DNA from: Azolla caroliniana
Taxonomy: Eukaryota; Plantae; Polypodiophyta
Assembly: GCA_043228905.1 (NCBI GenBank)
Contig: JBHGNT010000016.1
Span: 310,001-374,000, forward strand
Direction of reading: 5' to 3'
Length of the DNA stretch: 64,000 bases
Of the stretch, positions 1-11,399 are shown piece by piece. Position numbers and translations under genes: made by a program. Position 1 is the first letter of the stretch. Every line of letters begins with the position of its first letter. Under the pieces are notes generated by a model that was not told the DNA's origin, made no database searches, and was given only the letters and a program-made list of their open reading frames with translations.

Positions 1-1882
1 AATTTACCAACGCGCTCTTCTCCACTACCTCCTCAAATTTGCTAATTTCTTCATGTCTCTCGACCTGAGTTTCAAAATCTGGATTTTTCAATTCCATATC
101 AGAGCTAGCGTTGTTAGCTTTGATTCTTATGTTTGAACACAAAAATCCGATATCACACGAGCCAGGTATGAACATTTTAATTTACCTACTAGCTCTTGTC
201 AACTCCCTCCTGAAATTTCTTAATTTCTTCATGTCTCTCGACCTGAGTTTCAAAATCTTGATTTTTTAATTCCATAATAGAGCTAGCGCTGTTAGCTTGG
301 ATTCACATGTTTAAAAACAAAAATCCGATATCACACGAACCACGTATGAACATTTTAATTTACCTACTAGCGCTTATCAACTCCCTCAAATTTGCTAATT
401 TCTTCATGTCTCTCGACCTGAGTTTCAAAATCTTGATTTTTCAATTCCATATTAGAGCTAGCGTTCTTAGCTTCGATTCGCAAGTTTGAACACAAAAATC
501 CGATATTACACGAGCCACGTATGAACATTTTAATTTACCTACTAGCGCTTGTAACCTCCCTCATGAAATTTGCTAATTTCTTCATGTCTCTCGACCTGAG
601 TTTCAAAATCTTGATTTTTTAATTGCATATCAAAGCTAGCGCTGTTAGCTTCGATTCACATGTTTGAACACAAAAATCCGATATCACACAAGCCACGGAT
701 GAACATTATAATTTACCGACTAGCGCTTGTCAACTCCCTCCTCAAATTTGCTAATTTCTTCATGTCTCTCGACCTAAGTTTGAAAATCTAGATTTTTCAA
801 TTCCATATCAGAGCTAGCGTTGTTAGCTTTGATTCTTATGTTTGAACACAAAAATCCGATATCACACGAGCCAGGTATGAACATTTTAATTTACCTACTA
901 GCTCTCGTCAACTCCCTCCTCAAATTTGTTAATTTCTTCATGTCTCTCGACCTGAGTTTCAAAATCTTGATTTTTGAATTCCATATCAGAGCTAGCGTTG
1001 TTAGCTTCGATTCGCATGTTTGAACATAAAAATCCGATATCATACGAGCCAGGTATGAACCTTTTAATTTACATACTAGCGCTTGCCAACTCCCTCCTCA
1101 AATTTGCTAATTTCTTCATGTCCCTCGACCTGAGCTTCAAAATCTTGATTTTTTAATTCCATAACATAGCTAGCGCTGTTAGCTTCGATTCACATGTTTG
1201 AACACAAAAATCCGATATCACACGAGCCACGGATGAACATTTTAATTTACCTAGTAGCGCTTGTCAACTCCCTCCTCAAATTTGCTAATTTCTTCATGTC
1301 TCTGGACCTGAGTTTCAAAATCTTGATTTTTTAATTCCATATCAGAGCTAGCGTTGTTAGCTTCGATTCGCATGTTTGAACATAAAAATCCGATATCATA
1401 CGAGCCAGGTATGAATATTTTAATTTACCTACTAGCGCTTGTCAACTCCCTCCTCAAATTTGCTAATTTCTTCATGTCTGTCGACCTGAGTTTCAAAATC
1501 TTGATTTTTTAATTCCATATCAGAGCTAGCGTTGTTAGCTTCAATTCGCATGTTTGAACACAGAAATCCGATATCACACGAACCACGTATGAACATTTTA
1601 ATTTACCTACTAGCGGTTGTCAACTCCCTCCTCAAATTTGCTAATTTCTTCATGTCTCTCGACCTGAGTTTCAAAATCTGGATTTTTCAACTCCTTAACA
1701 GAGCTAGCGCTGTTAGCTTCGATTCACATGTTTGAACACAAAAATCCGATATCACACGAACCACGTATGAACATTTTAATTTACCTACCAGCGCTTATCA
1801 ACTCCCTCCTCAAATTTGCTAATTTCTTCATGTCTCTCGACCTGAGTTTCAAAATCTTGATTTTTCAATTCCATATTAGAGC

Positions 1883-4800
1883 TAGCGCTGTTAGCTTCGA
1901 TTCACATGTTTGAACACAAAAATCCGATATCACACGAGCCACGTATGAACATTGTAATTTACCTACTAGCTCTTGTCAACTCCCTCCTGAAATTTGTTAA
2001 TTTCTTCAGGTCTCTCAATCTGAGTTTCAAAATCTAGATTTTTTAATACCATATCAGAGCTAGCGTTGCTAGCTTCGATTCGCATGTTTGAATAAAAAAA
2101 TCCGATATCACACGAGCCTGGTATGAACATTTTAATTTACTAACGCGCTCTTCTCCACTACGTCCTCAAATTTACTAATTTCTTCATGACTCTCGACCTG
2201 AGTTTCAAAATCTTGATTTTTTAGATGTATATTAGAGCTACCGTTGTTAGCTTCGATTCGCATGTTTGAACACAAAAATCCGATATCACATGAGCCACGT
2301 ATGAACATTTTAATTTACCTACTAGCTCTTGTCAACTCCCTCCTAAAATTTGCTAATTTGTTCATGTCTCTCGACCTGAGTTTCAAAATCTTGATTTTTC
2401 AATTCCATATTAGACCTAGCGTTAGCTTCGATTCGCATGTTTGAACATAAAAACCCAATATCACACGAGCCAGGTATGAACCTTTTAATTTACCTACTAG
2501 CGCTTGTCAACTCCCTCCTCAAATTTGCTAATTTCTTCATGTCTCTGGACCTGAGCTACAAAATCGTGATTTTTTAATTCCGTAACATAGCTAGCGCTGT
2601 TAGCTTCGATTCACATGTTTGAACACAAAAATCCGATATCACACGAGCCACGGATGAACATTTTAATTTACCTACTAGCGCTTGTCAACTCCCTCCTCAA
2701 ATTTGCTAATTTCTTCATGTCTCTCGACCTGAGTTTCAAAATCTTGATTTTTTAATACCATATTAGAGCTCGCGTTGTTAGCTTCGATTCACATGTTTAA
2801 ACACAAAAATCTGATATCACACGAGCCTGGTATGAACATTTTAATTTACCTACTAGCTCTTGTCAACTCCCTCCTCAAATTTACTAATTTTTTCATGTGT
2901 GTCGACCTGAGTTTCAAAATTTTGATTTTTTAATTCCATATCACAGCTAGCGTTGTTAGCTTCGATTCCCATGTTTGAACACAGAAATCAGATATCAGAC
3001 GAGCCTGGTATGAACATTTTAATTTACTAACGCGCTCTTCTCCACTACCTCCTCAAATGTGTGTCGACCTGAGTTTCAAAATCTTGATTTTTTAATTCCA
3101 TATCACAGCTAGCGTTGTTAGCTTCGATTCCCATGTTTGAACACAGAAATCAGATATCAGACGAGCCTGGTATGAACATTTTAATTTACTAACGCGCTCT
3201 TCTCCACTACCTCCTCAAATGTGTGTCGACCTAAGTTTCAAAATCTTGATTTTTCAATCCCATATCACAGCTAGCGTTGTTAGCTTCGATTCCCATGTTT
3301 GAACACAGAAATCAGATATCAGACGAGCCTGGTATGAACATTTTAATTTACTAACGCGCTCTTCTCCACTACCTCCTCAAATTTGCTAATTTCTTCATGT
3401 CTCTCGACCTGAGTTTCAAAATCTTGATTTTTCAATTCCATATCAGAGCTAGCGTTGTTAGCTTTGATTCTTATGTTTGAACACAAAAATCCGATATCAC
3501 ACGAGCCAGGTATGAACATTTTAATTTACCTACTAGCTCTTGTCAACTCCCTCCTGAAATTTCTTAATTTCTTCATGTCTCTCGACCTGAGTTTCAAAAT
3601 CTTGATTTTTTAATTCCATAATAGAGCTAGCGCTGTTAGCTTCGATTCACATGTTTGAACACAAAAATCTGATATCACACGAGCCACGGATGAACATTTT
3701 AATTTACTAACGCGCTCTTCTCCACTACCTCCTCAAATTTGCTAATTTCTTCATGTCTCTCGACCTGAGTTTCAAAATCTGGATTTTTCAACTCCTTAAC
3801 AGAGCTAGCGCTGTTAGCTTCGATTCGCATGTTTGAACACAAAAATCCGATATCACAAGAGCTAGGTATGAACATTTTAATTTACCTACTAGCTCTTGTT
3901 AACTCCCTCCTCAAATTTGTTAATTTCTTCATGTCTCTCGATCTGAGTTTCAAAATCTTGATTTTTTAATTCCTATCAGACCTAGCACTGTTAGCTTCGA
4001 TTCACATGTTTGAACACAAAAATCCGATATCACACGAGCCACGTATGAACATTTTAATTTACCTACTAGCGCTTGTCAACTCCCTCTTCAAATTTGCTAA
4101 TTTCTTCATGCCTCTCGACCTGAGTTTCAAAATCTTGATTTTTTAATTCCATATCAGAGCTAGCGTTGTTAGCGTCGATTCGCATGTTTGAACATAAAAA
4201 TCCGATATCATACGAGCCAGGTATGAACCTTTTAATTTACCTACTAGCGCTTGTCAACTCCCTCCGCAAATTCGCTAATTTCTTCATGTCTCTCGACCTG
4301 AGCTACAAAATCTTGATTTTTTAATTCCGTAACATAGCTAGCGCTGTTAGCTTCGATTGACATGTTTGAACACAAAAATCCGATATCACACGAGCCACGG
4401 ATGAACATTTTAATTTACCTACTAGCGCTTGTCAACTCCCTCCTCAAATTTGCTAATTTCTTCATGTCTCTCGACCTGAGTTTCAAAATCTTGATTTTTT
4501 TATACCATATCAGAGCTAGCGTTGTTAGCTTCGATTCACATGTTTGATCACAAAAATCTGATATCACACGAGCCTGGTATGATCATTTTAATTTACCTAC
4601 TCGCTCTTGTCAACTCCCTCCTCAAATTTACTAATTTTTTCATGTGTGTCGACCTGAGTTTCAAAATCTTGATTTTTTAACTCCATATCACAGCTAGCGT
4701 TGTTAGCTTCGATTCCCATGTTTGAACACAGAAATCAGATATCACACGAGCCTGGTATGAACATTTTAATTTACTAACGCGCTCTTCTCCACTACCTCCT

Positions 4801-6320
4801 CAAATTTGCTAATTTCTTCATGTCTCTCGACCTAAGTTTCAAAATCTTGATTTTTCAATTCCATATCAGAGCTAGCGTTGTTAGCTTCGATTCACATGTT
4901 TGAACACAAAAATCGGATATCACACGAGCCTGGTATGAACATTTTAATTTACCTACTAGCTCTTGTCAACTCCCTCCTCAAATTTACTAATTTTTTCATG
5001 TGTGTCGACCTGAGTTTCAAAATCTTGATTTTTTAATTCCATATCACAGCTAGCGCTGTTAGCTTCGATTCACATGTTTGAACACAAAAATCCGATATCA
5101 CACGAGCCACGTATGAACATTGTAATTTACCTACTAGCTCTTGTCAACTCCCTCCTAAAATTTGTTAATTTCTTCATGTCTCTCAATCTGAGTTTCAAAA
5201 TCTAGATTTTTTAATACCATATCAGAGCTAGCGTTGCTAGCTTCGATTCGCATGTTTGAATAAAAAAATCCGATATCACACGAGCCTGGTATGAACATTT
5301 TAATTTACTAACGCGCTCTTCTCCACTACGTCCTCAAATTTACTAATTTCTTCATGACTCTCGACCTGAGTTTCAAAATCTTGATTTTTTAGATGTATAT
5401 TAGAGCTACCGTTGTTAGCTTCGATTCGCATGTTTGAACACAAAAATCCGATATCACATGAGCCACGTATGAACATTTTAATTTACCTACTAGCTCTTGT
5501 CAACTCCCTCCTAAAATTTGCTAATTTCTTCATGTCTCTCGACCTGAGTTTCAAAATCTTGATTTTTCAATTCCATATTAGACCTAGCGTTACCTTCGAT
5601 TCGCATGTTTGAACATAAAAATCCGATATCATACGAGCCAGGTATGAACCTTTTAATTTACCTACTAGCGCTTGTCAACTTCCTCCTCAAATTTGCTAAT
5701 TTCTTCATGTCTCTCGACCTGAGCTACAAAATCTTGATTTTTTAATTCCGTAACATAGCTAGCGCTGTTAGCTTCGATTCACATGTTTCAACACAAAAAT
5801 CCGATATCACACGAGCCACGGATGAACATTTTAATTTACCTACTAGCGCTTGTCAACTCCCTCCTCACATTTGCTAATTTCTTGATGTCTCTCGACCTGA
5901 GTTTCAAAATCTTGATTTTTTAATACCATATCAGAGCTAGCGTTGTTAGCTTCGATTCACATGTTTGAACACAAAAATCTGATATCACACGAGCCACGTA
6001 TGAACATTTTAATTTACCTACTAGCTCTTGTCAACTCCCTCCTCAAATTTACTAATTTTTTCATGTGTGTCGACCTGAGTTTCAAAATCTTGATTTTTTA
6101 ATTCCATATCACAGCTAGCGTTGTTAGCTTCAGTTCACATGTTTGAACACAAAAATCAGATATCACACGAACCACGTATGAACATTTTAATTTACCTACC
6201 AGCGCTTATCAACTCCCTCCTCAAATGTGTGTCGACTTGAGTTTCAAAATCTTGATTTTTTAATTCCATATCACAGCTAGCGTTGTTAGCTTCGATTCCC
6301 ATGTTTGAACACAGAAATCA
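1883..6320 (+). repeat. Segment duplication at 3168-bp (18-monomer) offset: ~1883-3150 copied at ~5051-6320
   Basis: Shared rare markers ATTGTAATTT, GAATAAAAAAATCCG, CATGACTCTCG and TTTAGATGTATAT. ORF starts 2244 and 5412 differ by 3168 = 18x178 - 36 (indels 3+16+16+1). Confidence 0.8.
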
Positions 6321-9300
6321 GATATCAGACGAGCCTGGTATGAACATTTTAATTTACTAACGCGCTCTTCTCCACTACCTCCTCAAATTTGCTAATTTCT
6401 TCATGTCTCTCGACCTGAGTTTCAAAATCTGGATTTTTCAATTCCATATCAGAGCTAGCGTTGTTAGCTTTGATTCTTATGTTTGAACACAAAAATCCGA
6501 TATCACACGAGCCAGGTATGAACATTTTAATTTACCTACTAGCGCTTATCAACTCCCTCCTCAAATTTGCTAATTTCTTCATGTCTCTCGACCTGAATTT
6601 CAAAATCTTGATTTTTCAATTCCATATTAGAGCTAGCGTTCTTAGCTTCGATTCGCAAGTTTGAACACAAAAATCCGATATTACACGAGCCACGTATGAA
6701 CATTTTAATTTACCTACTAGCGCTTGTAACCTCCCTCATGAAACTTGCTAATTTCTTCATGTCTCTCGACCTGAGTTTCAAAATCTTGATTTTTTAATTG
6801 CATATCAAAGCTAGCGCTGTTAGCTTCGATTCACATGTTTGAACACAAAAATCCGATATCACACAAGCCACGGATGAACATTATAATTTACCTACTAGCG
6901 CTTGTCAACTCCCTCCTCAACTTTGCTAATTTCTTCATGTCTCTCGACCTGAGTTTCAAAATTTTGATTTTTTAATTCCATATCAGAGCTAGCGTTGTTA
7001 GCTTCGATTCGCATGTTTGAACATAAAAATCCGATATCATACGAGCCAGGTATGAACCTTTTAATTTACCTACTAGCGCTTGTCAACGCCCTCCGCAAAT
7101 TTGCTAATTTCTTCATTTCTCTCGACCTGAGTTTCAAAATCTGGATTTTTCAACTCCTTAACAGAGCTAACGTTGTTAGCTTCGATTCGCATGTTTGAAC
7201 ACAAAAATCCGATATCACACGAGCCACGGATGAACATTTTAATTTACTAACGCGCTCTTCTCCACTACCTCCTCAAATTTGCTAATTTCTTCATGTCTCA
7301 CGACCTGAATTTCAAAATCTTGATTTTTTAAATCCATATCTGAGCTAGCGTTGTTAGCTTCGATTCGCATGTTTGAACACAAAAATCCGATATCACACGA
7401 GCCACGGATGAACATTTTAATTTACTAACGCGCTCTTCTCCACTACCTCCTCAAATTTGCTAATTTCTTCATGTCTCTCGACCTATGTTTCAAAATCTTC
7501 ATTTTTTAATTCCATATCAGAGCAAGCGTTGTTAGCTTCGATTCCCATGTTTGAATACAAAAATACGATATCACACGAGCCACATATGAACATTTTAATT
7601 TACCTACTAGCTCTTGTCAACTCCCACCTGAAATTTGCTAATTTCTTCACGTCTCTCGACCTGACTTTCAAAATCTTGACTTTTTAATTCCATATTAGAG
7701 CTAGCGTTGTTAGCTTTGATTCTTATGTTTGAACACAGCAATCCGATATCACACGAGCCAGGTATGAACATTTTAATTTACCTACTAGCTCTTGTCAACT
7801 CCCTACTCAAATTTGTTAATTTCTTCATGTCTCTCGACCTGAGTTTCAAAATCTTGATTTTTGAATTCCGTATTAGAGCTAGCGTTGTTAGCTTCGATTC
7901 ACATGTTTTAACATAAAAATCCGATATCATACGAGCCAGGTATGAACCTTTTAATTTACCTACTAACGCTTGTTAACTCCCTCCTCAAATTTGCTAATTT
8001 CTTCATATCTCTCGACCTGAAGCTTCAAAATCTTGATTTTTTAATTCCATATCAGAGCTAGCGTTGTTAGCTTTGATTCTTATGTTTGAACACAGAAATC
8101 CGATATCACACGAGCCAGGTATGAACATTTTAATTTACCTACTAGCGCTTGTCAACTCCCTCCTCAAATTTGCTAATTTCTTCATGTCTCTCGACCTGAG
8201 TTTCAAAATCTTGATTTTTTAATTCCATATCAGAGCTAGCGCTGTTAGCTTCGATTCACATGTTTGAACACAAAAATCCGATATCACACGAGCCTGGTAT
8301 GAACATTTTAATTTACTAACGCGCTCTTCTCCACTACGTCCTCAAATTTACTAATTTCTTCATGTCTCTCTACCTGAGTTTCAAAATGTTTATTTTTTAT
8401 ATGTATATTAGAGCTAGCGTTGGTAGCTTCGATTCGCATGTTTGAACACAAAAATCCGATATCACACGAGCTAGGTATGAACATTTTAATTTACTAACGC
8501 GGTCTTCTCTACTACCTCCTCAAATTTGCTAATTTCTTCATTTGTGTCGACCTGAGTTTCAAAATCTTGATTTTTTAATTCCATATGACAGCTAGCGTTG
8601 TTAGCTTCGCTTCGCATGTTTGAACAAAGAAATCCGATATCACAAGAGCCAGGTATGAACATTTTAATTTACTAACGCGCTCTTCTCCACTACCTCTTCA
8701 ATTTTGCTAATTTCTTCATATCTCTCGAGCTGAGTTTCAAAATCTTGATATTTTAATTCCATATCAGAGCTAGTGCTGTTAGCTTCGATTCGCATGTTTC
8801 AACATAGAAATCCGATATCACACGAGCCAGGTATGAACATTTTAATTTACCTACTAGCTCTTGTCAACTCCCTCCTAGAATTTGCTAATTTCTTCATGTG
8901 TGTCGACCTAAGTTTCAAAACTTGATTTTTTAATTCCATATCACAGCTAGCGTTGTTAGCTTCGATTCCCATGTTTGAACACAGAAATCAGATATCACTC
9001 GAGCCTGGTATGAACATTTTAATTTACTAACGTGCTCTTTTCCACTACCGCCTCAAATTTGCTAATTTCTTCATGTCTCTCGACCTGAGTTTCAAAATCT
9101 TGATTTTTCAATTCCATATCAGAGCTAGCGTTCTTAGCTTTGATTCTTATGTTTGAACACAAAAATCCGATATCACACGAGCCAGGTATGAACATTTTAA
9201 TTTACCGACTAGCTCTTCTCAACTCCCTCCTCAAATTTCTTAATTCCTTCATGTCTCTCGACCTGAGTTTCAAAATCTTGATTTTTTAATTCCATAACAG

Positions 9301-11399
9301 AGCTAGCGCTATTAGCTTCGATTCACATGTTTGAACACAAAAATCTGATATCACACGAACCACGTATGAACATTTTAATTTACCTACTAGCGCTTGTCAA
9401 CTCCCTCTTCAAATTTACTAATTTCTTCATGTCTCTCGACCTGAGTTTCAAAATCTTGATTTTTCAATTTCATATTAGTGCTAGCGTTGTTAGCTTCGAT
9501 TCGCATGTTTGAACACAAAAATCCGATATCACACGAGCCACGTATGAACATTTTAATATAACCTACTAGCTCTTGTCAACTCCCTCCTAAAATTTGCTAA
9601 TTTCTTCATGTCTCTCGACCTGAGTTTCAAAATCTTGATTTTTCAATTCCATATTAGACCTAGCGTTAGCTTCGATTCGCATGTTTGAACATAAAAATCC
9701 GATATCATACGAGCCAGGTATGAACCTTTTAATTTACCTACTAGCGCTTGTCAACTCCCTCCTCAAATTTGCTAATTTCTTCATGTCTCTTGACCTGAGC
9801 TACAAAATCTTGATTTTTTAATTCCGTAACATAGCTAGCGCTGTTAGCTTCGATTCACATGTTTGAACACAAAAATCCGATATCACACGAGCCACGGATG
9901 AACATTTTAATTTAGCTACTAGCGCTTGTCAACTCCCTCCTCAAATTTGCTAATATCTTCATGTCTCTCGACCTGAGTTTCAAAATCTTGCTTTCTTAAT
10001 ACCATATCAGAGCTAGCGTTGTTAGCTTCGATTCACATGTTTGAACACAAAAATCCGATATCACACGAACCACGTATGAACATTTTAATTTACCTACTAG
10101 CGCTTATCAACTCCCTCCTCAAATTTGCTAATTTCTTCATGTCTCTCGACCTGAGTTTCAAAATCTTGATTTTTCAATTCCATATTAGTGCTATCAGAGC
10201 TAGCGTTGTTAGCTTTGATTCGCATGTTTGAACATAAAAATCCGATATCATACGAGCCAGGTATGAACCTCTTAATTTACCTACTAGCGCTTGTCAACTC
10301 CCTCCTTAAATTTGCTAATTTCTTCATGTCTCTCGACCTGAGTTTAAAAATCTTGATTTTTTAATACCATATCAGAGCTAGCGTTGCTAGCTTCGATTCG
10401 CATGTTTGAACACAAAAATCCGATATCACACGAGCCTGGTATGAACATTTTAATTTACTAACGCGCTCTTCTCCACTACGTCCTCAAATTTACTAATTTC
10501 TTCATGTCTCTCTACCTGAGTTTCAAAATGTTGATTTTTTATATGTATATTAGAGCTAGCGTTGGTAGCTTCGATTCGCATGTTTGAACACAAAAATCCG
10601 ATATCACACGAGCTAGGTATGAACATTTTAATTTACTAACGCGCTCTTCTCTACTACCTCCTCAAATTTGCTAATTTCTTCATTTGTGTCGACCTGAGTT
10701 TCAAAATCTTGATTTTTTAATTCCATATGACAGCTAGCGTTGTTAGCTTCGCTTCGCATGTTTGAACAAAGAAATCCGATATCACAAGAGCCAGGTATGA
10801 ACATTTTAATTTACTAACGCGCTCTTCTCCACTACCTCTTCAATTTTGCTAATTTCTTCATATCTCTCGAGCTGAGTTTCAGAATCTTGATATTTTAATT
10901 CCATATCAGAGCTAGTGCTGTTAGCTTCGATTGGCATGTTTCAACATAGAAATCCGATATCACACGAGCCAGGTATGAACATTTTAATTTACTAACGCGC
11001 TCTTCTCCACTACCTTCTCAAATTTGCTAATTTCTTCATGTGGGTCGACCTAAGTTTCAAAACTTGATTTTTTAATTCCATATGACAGCTAGCGTTGTTA
11101 GCTTCGATTCGCATTTTTGAACACAATAATCCGATATGACACGAGCTAGGTATGAACATTTTAATTTACCTACTAGCTCTTGTTAACTCCCTCCTCAAAT
11201 TTGTTAATTTCTTCATGTCTCTTGATCTGAGTTTCAAAATCTTGATTTTTTAATTCCTATCAGAGCTAGCACTGTTAGCTTCCATTCACATGTTTGAACA
11301 CAAAAATCCGATATCACACGAGCCACGTATGAACATTTTAATTTACCTACTAGCGCTTGTCAACTCCCTCTTCAAATTTGCTAATTTCTTCATCTCTCT

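Noticed and set aside
381-390. Private 3-bp deletion CTCCCTCAAA
   Set aside because: A single slippage event in the CTC run, or a sequencing error, with no further pattern.
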